Part shown: positions 39,598-48,705 of the stretch, one piece after another
Position numbering within the stretch: position 1 is the stretch's first letter
Layout of the letters: each line of letters begins with the position of its first letter
DNA from: an uncultured beta proteobacterium
GTDB taxonomy: Bacteria > Pseudomonadota > Gammaproteobacteria > Burkholderiales > SHXO01
Direction of reading: 5' to 3'
NCBI GenBank assembly: GCA_963827575.1
Contig: CAWHCG010000048.1
Span: forward strand, 197,018 to 261,017
DNA length: 64,000 nucleotides
Position numbers and translations under genes: made by a program
The notes under the pieces: generated by a model
Told to the model about the DNA's origin: nothing
What the model saw: only the letters and a program-made list of their open reading frames with translations
Databases searched by the model: none

Positions 39598-42366
39598 CTA
39601 GCGCGACTGGTCGAGGATGGCCTTGCGCACACGGTCGGGCGTCGCGGGCACGTGCGTGATGCGCACGCCGGCAGCATGGCGGACGGCGTTGAGGATGGCC
39701 GGCGCGGTCGGGATGAGCGCGGGCTCGCCCACACCTTTCGCGCCATACGGCCCGAGCGGCTCGGGGTCCTCGATGATGTGCACGACGATCGGCGGCACGT
39801 CGCCGACGGTCGGAATCAGATAGTCGTGCAGGTTGTCGGACCGGCCGGCGTGATACTCCTCCATGAGCGCCATGCCCAACCCCTGGGCGATGCCGCCGTG
39901 GATCTGCCCTTCCACCTGGGTCGGGTTGATGGCTCGGCCCACGTCATGCGCGGCGTGCATCTTCAGGACCTTGACCCTGCCCAGATCGAGATCGACCTCG
40001 ACCTCCGCGATCTGGGCACCGAAACCGTAAGTGGCGTAGGGAACGCCCTGGCCATTGGCATCGAGCGGCGTGGTGGGCGGATCGAAGTAGCCCTCGCCCA
40101 CGGCGATGGCGCCGTCGGCATCGGCCGGCAAAGCAGCCAGCACCACGCGCCACTCCCGTGCGCCGCTGCGGCCCACCAGCGCGCCCGCCTCCACGGCCAG
40201 CCCGGCGTCGGCAGGCGCGAGCAGCAACTCGAGAAGGCGATCCCGCAAGGCCACACCGGCGAGACGAGCGGCGTTGCCCGACACGAAAGTCTGACGCGAT
40301 GCCGAGGACTTGCCGGCGTCGGCGGTGAGGTCCGTGTCACCCATCACCTGGTCGAACATCGCCACCGGCAGGCCGAGTGCGTCGGCGCAGATCTGCGGCA
40401 GGATGGTGTTCGAACCCTGGCCGATATCCACCGCGCCGTTGTACAGGAACACGCAGCCATCGCGGCGCAGGGCTACCCGAATGGTGGAGGGGTTGGCGAT
40501 CACGGTATTGCCGATGCCGTACCACATGCAGGCGATGCCCACCCCGCGCCGGCTGCCGCGCCGCGATCCGGCGAGGGCATGCTGGCAGGCGTTGTACCCG
40601 GCCACCGCGGACAGCGCCTGCTCCCAGGCGGGTTTGAGTGCGGTCAGGCACTGGACCAGTCCAGCGCTGGCTTCGAGCACCTGGCCGGTGGCGGTGGCCT
40701 GGCCTGCCCGGATGGCGTTGCGCCAGCGCAGCTCGAAACGGTCGATCCCGGTCTGTTCCGCCAAGTCGTCGAGCAACGCTTCATGCACAAGCGTGGATTG
40801 CGGTACACCAAAGCCGCGGAACGCACCCGCGATCGGCCCGTTGGTATAGATCGCCCGGGTCAACGCCCGCACGCTGGGCACGAAGTATGGGCCGCTGGCG
40901 TGGATCGGGACGCGGTTGGCGACCGTGTTCCCCCAGGACGCATAAGCACCCGTGTTGAAATCGCCGAAGAAGTCGGCCGCCAGCAGGCGGCCCTCTGCGT
41001 CGCACCCGAAGCGTGCCTGCATGCGGGCGGGATGCCGCTTGGGTGTCGACAGCATCGACTCCGGCCGCGTATAAGCGCAGCGCACCGGGCGGCCGAGCTT
41101 CCAGGCCGCGACTGCCAGCAGCGGCTGGATGGAGATGTCGAGCTTGCCGCCGAAGCCTCCGCCGATCGCCGAGGGCACGATGTGCACCTGGTCCTCGCGG
41201 ACCTTGAGCACGCGCGCCACCTCTTCGCGATCCATGTAGGGCGTCTGCGTGCACACGAACAGGCGGATGCGATCACCCAGTCGTTCGGCGTAGCCGGCCT
41301 CCGGCTCGATGTAGGCGTGCTCGACGAAGCTGGTCGTGAACGTGCCGTGCGCCAGATACGGCGCGGCGCCCAGCGCCGCATCCACGTTGCCTTTGACCAC
41401 GCGGCCGCGGATCAGCACGTTGTCGGGGGCGAACTCGTGCAGCGGAGTGCTCGAAGCCAGAGCGCGATCCATATCCAGCACCGGCTCCTCCGGCTGCCAT
41501 TCGATCGGCAGCTCGGCCTCATCGATCTCCATCACTGCCTGGTATTCCCCCACGAGGGCCAGCACCGCCTCGCCGTGGAACCGCACCCCGCCCGCCGCCA
41601 GCACCGGCTGATCCTTCACCTGCGGGAAGATACCGAAGCTGTTCTCGGGCACATCACGCGCGCTGAGCACATCGACCAGTCCCGGGTGCCGTGCTCGCAG
41701 CGCCCCGAAGTCGCCCAGCGAGAAGCGGGCTCGCGCATGGGGCGAGCGGATGACACGCAGCCAGAGGGCATCAGGGGGTGCGGTGTCGGCGCCAAAGCGC
41801 TCGCTGCCGGTCACCTTGGCTATGCCGTCCAGCTTGGCCACCCGCGCACCGACCGCCTGCCCAGCCGGCGGCTGTGGCGAGTCCACCAGGCCGCGCGCCG
41901 CAGCCAGCACCGCCTCGACGATCTTACGGTAGCCCGTGCAGCGGCACAGCACGCCTGCCAGGCCGTCGAGGACCTGCTCCGCGCTGGGGTCGGGGTGGCG
42001 CGCCAGAATATCGGCCGCGGCCATCAGCATGCCCGGTGTGCAGATCCCGCACTGCGCGGCGCCGTGCGCGAGGAAGGCTTGCTGCAGGGGCGACAGCTCG
42101 CCCCCGCTTGCCAGCCCCTCGACGGTGGTGACCCGCCGCCCCTGCACCTGACCGGCGGCCACCAGGCAGGCGCACACCTGCTGGCCGTCCAGCAGGACGG
42201 TACAAGCACCGCAATCGCCGGCGTTACAGCCGACCTTGGTGCCGGTGAGGCCCAGACCATCGCGCAGCACGTCGGACAGCCGCTCGCCGGGATGCGCCAC
42301 CACCCGGCAGGGCCGTCCATTCAGCTCGAGCTGCAGGTCCGTCTGCGGGCGGAAGCGCTCATTCAC
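39598..42366 (-). CDS. molybdopterin hydroxylase, fused 2Fe-2S + Mo-binding subunit (xanthine dehydrogenase/aldehyde oxidase family; nicotinate-hydroxylase-like by context)
   Basis: N-terminus LTGTKVGCNAGDCGACTVLLDG..GAAQCGICTPGMLM..LCRCTGY (two 2Fe-2S sites), then an aldehyde-oxidase a/b-hammerhead and Mo-binding region (..AHDVGRAINPTQVEGQIHGG..GAKGVGEP). The start is taken at the GTG overlapping the upstream stop (GTGAATGA). Confidence 0.85.
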   Translation of the reverse strand: MNERFRPQTDLQLELNGRPCRVVAHPGERLSDVLRDGLGLTGTKVGCNAGDCGACTVLLDGQQVCACLVAAGQVQGRRVTTVEGLASGGELSPLQQAFLAHGAAQCGICTPGMLMAAADILARHPDPSAEQVLDGLAGVLCRCTGYRKIVEAVLAAARGLVDSPQPPAGQAVGARVAKLDGIAKVTGSERFGADTAPPDALWLRVIRSPHARARFSLGDFGALRARHPGLVDVLSARDVPENSFGIFPQVKDQPVLAAGGVRFHGEAVLALVGEYQAVMEIDEAELPIEWQPEEPVLDMDRALASSTPLHEFAPDNVLIRGRVVKGNVDAALGAAPYLAHGTFTTSFVEHAYIEPEAGYAERLGDRIRLFVCTQTPYMDREEVARVLKVREDQVHIVPSAIGGGFGGKLDISIQPLLAVAAWKLGRPVRCAYTRPESMLSTPKRHPARMQARFGCDAEGRLLAADFFGDFNTGAYASWGNTVANRVPIHASGPYFVPSVRALTRAIYTNGPIAGAFRGFGVPQSTLVHEALLDDLAEQTGIDRFELRWRNAIRAGQATATGQVLEASAGLVQCLTALKPAWEQALSAVAGYNACQHALAGSRRGSRRGVGIACMWYGIGNTVIANPSTIRVALRRDGCVFLYNGAVDIGQGSNTILPQICADALGLPVAMFDQVMGDTDLTADAGKSSASRQTFVSGNAARLAGVALRDRLLELLLAPADAGLAVEAGALVGRSGAREWRVVLAALPADADGAIAVGEGYFDPPTTPLDANGQGVPYATYGFGAQIAEVEVDLDLGRVKVLKMHAAHDVGRAINPTQVEGQIHGGIAQGLGMALMEEYHAGRSDNLHDYLIPTVGDVPPIVVHIIEDPEPLGPYGAKGVGEPALIPTAPAILNAVRHAAGVRITHVPATPDRVRKAILDQSR

Positions 42367-43201
42367 CGGCCAGCCCTCGCAGAGCACGCTGGATCAGCCG
42401 TTCGGCCGCCTCCGTCCGGTAGGCGGCGGTGCCCCGCACGTCGTCGATCGGACTCAACCCCGCGAGATCGTTCGAGTGCACGAGGCCCGCGGCCTGAGCC
42501 AGCGGCCGCCCGACGAGCCGCGCCTCCAGTGCCGGGAGGCGCTGCGCCACCGGCGAGCACGCGCCCACCGCAACCGCCGCCTCCACCACTGTCCCCCTTT
42601 CGTCCACATCCAGGGCAACGGCGGCCATCAGGATTGAGATCACCAGGTAGCGGCGCGCGCCCAGCTTGAGAAAGGTCGAGCGCGCCCGCGCGCTGCGCTC
42701 GGGGATCAGGAAGGCCGTGACCAGCTCGTCGGACTGGCGCGCAGTCTGCCGCCCGCCGGTGATGAAGCCGGCCAGCGGCACGCGGCGCCGCCCGCGCGCG
42801 CTCGCCAGCTCTACCTGCCCGCCCAGCGCGAGCAGGCAAGGCACGCCGTCGGCCGCCGGCGAAGCGTTGCAGACGTTGCCACCCAGGGTACCGGCGTTCT
42901 GGATCTGCATGCCGCCGACCTCGCGGGCCGCCAGCTTGAGCGCATCGAACAGGGCGGGCAGCGGCTCTGCCAGGATGTCGGACCAGGTGGTGAGCGCACC
43001 GATGCGCCAGATGCCGTCCTCGCGGCCGATGCCGCGCAGGACGGCGACACGGGTGATGTCGAGGACATCTTCGCGCAGCGGCCGCCCGACGCGCGCAGGA
43101 TAGAAATCCGTACCCCCGGCGAGCACGGAGAGCGCGCGCCCGGACAGCGCCGCCAGAGCCTCCTCCAACCCGGCCGGTTGCAGATACAGCGGTTGTTGCA
43201 C
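42359..43201 (-). CDS. FAD-binding subunit of molybdopterin hydroxylase (CoxM/XdhB-like)
   Basis: LAGGTDFYPA..IGALTTWSD..QIQNAGTLGGNVCNASPAADG..DVRGTAAYR. The start is taken at GTG 43201, 13 nt after GAGGAG. The track ORF extends to 43258. Confidence 0.8.
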   Translation of the reverse strand: MQQPLYLQPAGLEEALAALSGRALSVLAGGTDFYPARVGRPLREDVLDITRVAVLRGIGREDGIWRIGALTTWSDILAEPLPALFDALKLAAREVGGMQIQNAGTLGGNVCNASPAADGVPCLLALGGQVELASARGRRRVPLAGFITGGRQTARQSDELVTAFLIPERSARARSTFLKLGARRYLVISILMAAVALDVDERGTVVEAAVAVGACSPVAQRLPALEARLVGRPLAQAAGLVHSNDLAGLSPIDDVRGTAAYRTEAAERLIQRALRGLAGE

Positions 43202-43411
43202 AGCCTTGCCTTGCTCCTCGATTGGCGGCGGCTCGATCCGCGGCGGCCCGACGGCCACCGCGCCGGCGGGTGTGGAGTGGCTGCTACAAAGTTTTAAGAA
43301 CCCGCTTTATTCCCGCCCGCGTGGCAACATATCCTACGGGGCGGCAACTTTCAACCCTGCCCCGGCTTCGGTTACTATCGCAGCTCGCAACTTCCGCGCC
43401 CGGGGAACGCC

Positions 43412-43735
43412 ATGACCCACGTCGTCACCGAATCCTGCATCAAGTGCAAGTACACCGACTGCGTGGACGTGTGCCCGGTGGACTGCTTCCGCGAGGGACC
43501 GAACATGCTGGTGATCGACCCCGACGAGTGCATCGACTGCGCAGTCTGCATCCCCGAGTGCCCGGTCAATGCCATCTACGCGGACGTGGACCTGCCCCAG
43601 AAGCAGCTGCACTTCACCGATCTGAACGCGGAGCTCTCCAAGACCCTCCCGTCGATCACCGGCAAAAAGGAAGCCCCGCCGGATGCCGACGCCTGGAAGG
43701 ACGTGACGGACAAGCTGCAGTACCTGGAACGCTGA
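43412..43735 (+). CDS. fdxA: 7Fe ferredoxin (Azotobacter FdxA type)
   Basis: [55 protein letters not shown], the canonical 3Fe-4S + 4Fe-4S Cys pattern. 107 aa. Confidence 0.9.
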   Translation: MTHVVTESCIKCKYTDCVDVCPVDCFREGPNMLVIDPDECIDCAVCIPECPVNAIYADVDLPQKQLHFTDLNAELSKTLPSITGKKEAPPDADAWKDVTDKLQYLER

Positions 43736-43751
43736 GGCGCCGGCGGCGCTC

Positions 43752-44438
43752 ATGGCCGTAGCCGCAGCGCCCGCGCGCTCAGCCGCACGCAAGCCCCGCG
43801 CCGCCGCGGTCGTGAAGCGCGACCCGGCCGGCATGCAGCGCCGCATCCTGGATGCGGCCCGGGCGGAGTTCGCGGGCCACGGCTTCGGCGGCGCACGGGT
43901 CGAGCGGATCAGCCGCCGCGCCCGCACCGTGGACCGGATGCTGTACTACTACTTCGGCAGCAAGGACGGGCTGTTCCGTGCCGTGCTCGAGGACAGCTAC
44001 GAGAAGCTCGGCCGCGCCGAGCAGCAGCTCGAGCTCTCGGGGGTCGATGCGGTGGAGGGGATGCGCCAGCTCATCGCCTTCACCTGGGACTACTATCTGA
44101 TGCACCCGGAGTTCATCCGCCTGCTCAACAGCGAGAACCTGTACCGGGGCGAGCACGTGAAGAAGTCCCGCCGGGTGAAGGCGCTGTCCTTCCCGCTGCT
44201 GTCGGTCCTGACCGGCCTGCTCGAGCGGGGTGCGCAGCAGTGCCGCTTCCGCCGCGGCATCGATCCGGTGGAGATCTACATCACGATCGCGGCCCTGGGC
44301 TACTTCTACCTCTCCAATCGCTACACGCTGACGCGCTTTCTCGGTGTCGATCTGATGGCAAAAGCGCGCCGGGAGCGCTGGCTCGAACATATCACCAGCG
44401 TGGTGCTGGACCACATCGCTCTGCCCTCCACAGCTTGA
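43752..44438 (+). CDS. TetR/AcrR family transcriptional regulator
   Basis: ILDAARAEFAGHGFGGARVERISRRARTVDRMLYYYFGSKDGLF, a TetR HTH. Confidence 0.8.
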   Translation: MAVAAAPARSAARKPRAAAVVKRDPAGMQRRILDAARAEFAGHGFGGARVERISRRARTVDRMLYYYFGSKDGLFRAVLEDSYEKLGRAEQQLELSGVDAVEGMRQLIAFTWDYYLMHPEFIRLLNSENLYRGEHVKKSRRVKALSFPLLSVLTGLLERGAQQCRFRRGIDPVEIYITIAALGYFYLSNRYTLTRFLGVDLMAKARRERWLEHITSVVLDHIALPSTA

Positions 44439-44467
44439 CCCACGGAGGACGGAGGAAACAAACTCCG

Positions 44468-45655
44468 ATGAACGCCGCCTGCATTGAGGACCTGCGCGAG
44501 GCCGCGCGCCGCCGCCTGCCCAAGGCCGTGTTCGACTTCGTCGATGGCGGCGCCCAGGATGAGGTCACCCTGCGGGCCAACCGCGCCGACTTCGCCCGCT
44601 TGACGTTCATGCCCCGGGTCCTCACCGACGTCTCCAACCGCAGCCTCGAGACCACGCTGCTGGGCCGGCGCATTGCGCTGCCGCTGGTGGTAGCGCCCAC
44701 CGGGCTGGCCGGGCTGCTAGCGCGCCGCGGCGAGACAGCCGAGGTGCGCGCTGCGGACCGGGCGGGAATTCCCTATTGCCTGAGCCAGATGGCCGCCACC
44801 AGCATCGAGGAGATCGAGCGCGCGGCCCTGCAGCCGTTCTGGTTCCAGACCTATCTGCTCAAGGACCGCGGCGTCAACGAGTCGCTGCTGCAGCGTGCGG
44901 CACGGGCCGGGTGCGAGGTGCTGGTCGTCGCCGTGGACACCAAGGGGCAGGGCCTGCGCGAGCGCGATATTCGCAATGGCTTCACCGTGCCCCCGCGCGT
45001 GACCTGGCGCAATGCGCTCGACCTGGCGCGCCGACCGGGCTGGCTGTGGGACGTGGGACTGGGCCCGCGGGTCACCTTCGCCAACCTGGCCGGCAGCCTG
45101 GTGGGCAGCAGCGACATCATCAGCATCGCCCGCTTCGCCCAGGAGCAGTACGATTTCAGCGTCGACTGGTCCCAGATCGACTGGTGCCGGGCACGCTGGC
45201 AGGGCAAGCTCGTCCTCAAAGGAATCCTCACCCCCGACGACGCCCGCCTTGCGGTCGAGCACGGGGTCGACGCGCTGATCGTCTCCAATCACGGCGGCCG
45301 GCAACTCGATGGCGCCCCCTCCACGATCGCCGTGCTGCCCCTCATCACCGCTACGGTACGGGGCCGTGCGGAGGTGATCCTGGACGGCGGCGTGCGGCGC
45401 GGTACCGATATTCTCAAGGCGCTCGCGCTGGGCGCGCGTGCCTGCATGGCCGGCCGCCCGTTTCTGTACGGGCTCGCCGCCGCCGGCGAGCAGGGCGTGG
45501 CACGCGCCATCGAGATCTTCCGCAACGAGCTGGATGTGGCGCTGGCGCTGCTCGGACGCCCGAGCGTCGCGGATCTGGATGAGACTGTGCTTGCTAGCGC
45601 GCTTCAACCGACGACAGGCCCAAGGCCAACCGCGAACGACGCAAAGTCCCTGTGA
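44468..45655 (+). CDS. FMN-dependent alpha-hydroxy acid dehydrogenase/oxidase (LldD/glycolate oxidase family)
   Basis: DLREAARRRLPKAVFDFVDGGAQDE..APTGLAGL..FQTY..VVAVDT..LKGILTPDDA..VSNHGGRQLDG..DGGVRRGTDILKALALGA. Confidence 0.85.
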   Translation: MNAACIEDLREAARRRLPKAVFDFVDGGAQDEVTLRANRADFARLTFMPRVLTDVSNRSLETTLLGRRIALPLVVAPTGLAGLLARRGETAEVRAADRAGIPYCLSQMAATSIEEIERAALQPFWFQTYLLKDRGVNESLLQRAARAGCEVLVVAVDTKGQGLRERDIRNGFTVPPRVTWRNALDLARRPGWLWDVGLGPRVTFANLAGSLVGSSDIISIARFAQEQYDFSVDWSQIDWCRARWQGKLVLKGILTPDDARLAVEHGVDALIVSNHGGRQLDGAPSTIAVLPLITATVRGRAEVILDGGVRRGTDILKALALGARACMAGRPFLYGLAAAGEQGVARAIEIFRNELDVALALLGRPSVADLDETVLASALQPTTGPRPTANDAKSL

Positions 45656-45745
45656 AGGCGGATCCGTGACGTGATCGGAACCTTACCGAAGCCGCCACGC
45701 TGGGCGGCGCGCGCGACTCTGCAGGCCATCGGGGTCCACGCGGAC

Positions 45746-46432
45746 CTATCGGCGTTTTAGCTGGTCAAAGCGACGAGCAAAACTGTCGATGAGTGACTCC
45801 ATAACGGGTTTGAACTGAGATTCAAAGTCCTCGTCTGTGACCAAGCCCAGCCTTTCGGATTGCCAGCCACTCGCCTTGCATTCCAAGTGGTGCCCTCGGA
45901 GTGCAGTCTTGATGCCACCGCCCTTTGCTTCGCCCGCGATCCAGCTGTAGCATCGGAATACCACGCCTCGAAGGGTTTCTCCCGTCTCCTTGGCCTGTTT
46001 CCGTCGCCACTCCGCGAATGAAGGAGGCTCTTCGCTTTGGCTTCCAAACACCGGGAAGTCCGGTAGCTTCCCGAGCTGCAGCTTAGTCCACTCTTTCAGT
46101 CGGTCGAGCACTTCCTCGCTGTAAGCATCCTTGCCCTCAGGCCACTGCGCGTGCAAGCCTATGTGGTTAATGTAACGAACAGCGCAGAGCTCCTTGTTTT
46201 CTGCAAACTGAAGCTCTAGTTCAAAGTCGCTATCGGACGGCTTATCCAGCCGCTGTCCTTCCTGTCGTTGGTACCACTTGTGGACTCTTGCTGTCACTGT
46301 CTCCAGGTCCCGCAAGCATTCCTTCTCCGTCTTGTAAGTATCGGCGCCGGCATGGGCCGGTAGAAGAAGCGCTATCCCGAGGAAAAGCGGCGATCGGCGC
46401 AGGAGCGCCGACCACGTTACAGGTATGAACAT
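45746..46432 (-). CDS. hypothetical secreted protein in a lower-GC islet
   Basis: From ATG 46432: MFIPVTWSALLRRSPLFLGIALLLPAHAGA (signal peptide), then a charged 200-aa body with no motif I recognise. Codon usage and GC are visibly lower than in the neighbours. Confidence 0.5.
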   Translation of the reverse strand: MFIPVTWSALLRRSPLFLGIALLLPAHAGADTYKTEKECLRDLETVTARVHKWYQRQEGQRLDKPSDSDFELELQFAENKELCAVRYINHIGLHAQWPEGKDAYSEEVLDRLKEWTKLQLGKLPDFPVFGSQSEEPPSFAEWRRKQAKETGETLRGVVFRCYSWIAGEAKGGGIKTALRGHHLECKASGWQSERLGLVTDEDFESQFKPVMESLIDSFARRFDQLKRR

Positions 46433-46799
46433 ATGGCGTGCGTTTGAACGATTGAATGATAGTCCAACCCGTGCCACGCCGGTAGTCAGGATCGCTCAGT
46501 GTCGGATTTCGACGACTTCCGCCGTGCTGCTCACGTTCCGGCAGGCTCGTCGACCGGCCTTGATCGGCGGCCATGCCGCCGGCAGACGACATCGCCACCA
46601 CCGCGAACTTCTTCAACTGCCCGAAGAACGAGCAACTTCTCCCGAAAGAGCTCGGCGCAAGCGGCGGATTTGCTCTGTGCACGGCGAACGCTCTCGTCGA
46701 ATCGCCGCTTATCCGAGGTCACGTCGCGTCCACTCCGACGTCGCGTCCACCGACCAGTCTCTCACTCATGGCTCCATGCGTCATGCGTAGAATAGCCGC

Positions 46800-47579
46800 A
46801 TGAATCCTCCGCTCGACGCCGCAACCGCGGCCATCTCGCTCGACAACGTCGACAAGGTCTACCCCAGCGGCGTGCGCGCGTTGGAGCGCATCGACCTCGA
46901 TGTACGCAGCGGAGAGTTCCTCACGCTGCTCGGTCCCTCGGGTTGCGGCAAGAGCACTCTGCTGCGCCTCCTTGCGGGGCTGACGCCACCCACCACCGGG
47001 CAAGTGCGGCGGTACGAACCGCAGGACCGGCCCGTCGCCTTCGTGTTCCAGCAGCCGACGCTGATGCCCTGGGCGAGCGTCACCACCAACGTGCGCCTGC
47101 CGCTCGACCTCGCCGGCGCAGACCGGGTGCCGGCGGACGCGCGTGTGCACGACGCCCTGGCGCTGGTGAGGTTGCACGGCTTCGAGCATGCCTATCCGCG
47201 CGAGCTTTCCGGAGGGATGCAGATGCGCACTTCCATCGCCCGGGCCCTGGTGACGGACCCGGGACTGCTGCTGATGGACGAGCCCTTCGGGGCGCTGGAC
47301 GAGATCACCCGCGTGCGCCTGGACCGCGAGATCCGCGATCTGTGGGCCCGCCAGCAGCTCACCGTCGTGTTCGTGACCCACAGCATCTACGAGGCGGTGT
47401 TCCTGTCCTCCCGGGTGCTGGTGCTGTCGGCCCGCCCGGGACGCATCCTGGGCGAGGTGCAGATCGATGAGCCGCATCCGCGCACCGAGGCTTTCAGGGT
47501 GAGCGAGCGCTTTGCGCGCTGGTGCCTGCGGCTGTCCGAGCTGCTCGCGGCCGGCAGCGCCGAGCCGACCCCTGCATGA
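46800..47579 (+). CDS. ABC transporter ATP-binding protein (nitrate/sulfonate/taurine NitT family)
   Basis: LLGPSGCGKSTLLR, LSGGMQMRTSIARAL, LLLMDEPFGALD. Confidence 0.85.
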   Translation: MNPPLDAATAAISLDNVDKVYPSGVRALERIDLDVRSGEFLTLLGPSGCGKSTLLRLLAGLTPPTTGQVRRYEPQDRPVAFVFQQPTLMPWASVTTNVRLPLDLAGADRVPADARVHDALALVRLHGFEHAYPRELSGGMQMRTSIARALVTDPGLLLMDEPFGALDEITRVRLDREIRDLWARQQLTVVFVTHSIYEAVFLSSRVLVLSARPGRILGEVQIDEPHPRTEAFRVSERFARWCLRLSELLAAGSAEPTPA

Positions 47580-47652
47580 GCGGCCAAGGAAAGCGCCTTG
47601 AGCCCAGAGCAACTCAGCCAGTGGCCCGGCAAGCAGCCTTGGACAGAAAACC

Positions 47653-47834
47653 ACAACCAAAGGCGCCAAGGCACAGAGACGCCAAGGAGTCATACACGAG
47701 CACCCACAGCGTTGGCGCAGCCTTGTCCTTGGGCTGCCAGCGATGGCTAGCCGGCCCCTGCTGAGCCACCTTTGCGCCTTTGCGTCTTTGCGGCTTTGCG
47801 ATCCTCGCCGGCTCTCTGTGTCCTCTGTGGCTGC
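47653..47834. repeat. degenerate composite hairpin element (CAAAGGCGC units), ATPase-permease gap
   Basis: Left arm acaACCaaaggcgccaaggcacagagacgccaaggag. The right arm is cctttgcgcctttgcgtctttgcggctttgcg plus ctctctgtgtcctctgtgg. The arms match less well than in other copies. Confidence 0.65.
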
Positions 47835-47846
47835 TTTCTCTTTGCG

Positions 47847-48629
47847 ATGAGCCGCACTCTGAGCTATGCCGCACCGGTGCTCGTAGGGCTCGCGGTCCTG
47901 GGGCTGTGGCAGTTTCTGGTCACCGCCTACGAGGTCCCCAGCTACCTGGTGCCCTCTCCGCTGCTGGTAGCGCGCACTCTGCTGCAGGACTGGGGGTTGC
48001 TGGCGGCGGCGCTGCTGACGACGCTGCGGGTCACCGTCTGCGCCCTGCTGCTGGCTGTCCTCCTGGGCGTGGCGATCGCATTCGTCTTCGTGCAGAGCCG
48101 CGTGATCGAGGCGAGCCTGCTGCCCTACGCGATCCTGCTGCAGGTCACCCCCATCGTCGCGATCGCACCGCTGATCATCATCTGGGTCAGGGACCCCAGC
48201 CTGGCGCTGGTGATCTGCGCCACCATCGTGGCCATCTTCCCGGTGATCTCCAACACCACGGTGGGGCTGCGCAGCGTGGATCCCAATCTGCTCGACCTGT
48301 TCCGGCTCAACCGTGCCACCCGCTGGCAGACGCTGGTGCGCCTGCGCATCCCCGGTGCGCTGCCCTATTTCTTCACTGGGTTGAAAGTTGCGAGCGGCCT
48401 GGCGCTGATCGGTGCGGTGGTCGCGGAGTTCGTGGCTGGCACCGGCGGCACGGCCGCGGGCCTGGCCTATCAGATTCTGCTGTCGGGGATTCAGCTCAAC
48501 ATCCCGCGCCTGTTCGCCGCTTTGCTGCTGATCACTCTCACCGGCGTGGTCCTGTTCGCTCTGGTGTCAACGCTGGGGCGCATGGCGTTGCGCCACTGGC
48601 ACGAGAGCGAGCTGCGGCCCGAGCGCTGA
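47847..48629 (+). CDS. ABC transporter permease (NitT/SsuC-like)
   Basis: From ATG 47847: MSRTLSYAAPVLVGLAVLGLWQFLV..PSPLLVARTL.. Six TM-like segments and an EAA-like loop (..LFRLNRATRWQTLVRLRIPGALPYF). Confidence 0.8.
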   Translation: MSRTLSYAAPVLVGLAVLGLWQFLVTAYEVPSYLVPSPLLVARTLLQDWGLLAAALLTTLRVTVCALLLAVLLGVAIAFVFVQSRVIEASLLPYAILLQVTPIVAIAPLIIIWVRDPSLALVICATIVAIFPVISNTTVGLRSVDPNLLDLFRLNRATRWQTLVRLRIPGALPYFFTGLKVASGLALIGAVVAEFVAGTGGTAAGLAYQILLSGIQLNIPRLFAALLLITLTGVVLFALVSTLGRMALRHWHESELRPER

Positions 48630-48705
48630 GCTGCGTTGCGCGCTTTGGCGGGGACAACACGCTGCGAAGCAGCTTGTTGCGTCGCAGCCAGGGCCGGGAT
48701 GGGAG

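Noticed and set aside
39502-42669. 1055-aa ORF on the plus strand
   Set aside because: It is the antisense shadow of the Mo-hydroxylase gene (39598..42366, minus). The translation is Arg/Ala/Gly/Pro-rich low-complexity sequence with no motifs. Long stop-free antisense frames are expected at this GC content.
46478-46799. Minus-strand ORF 46531..46722 (MTSDKRRFDESVRRAQSKSAACAELFREKLLVLRAVEEV..) upstream of the ABC ATPase
   Set aside because: The first ~45 residues look protein-like, but the frame then degenerates. No motif is present and no consistent continuation exists in the other frames.
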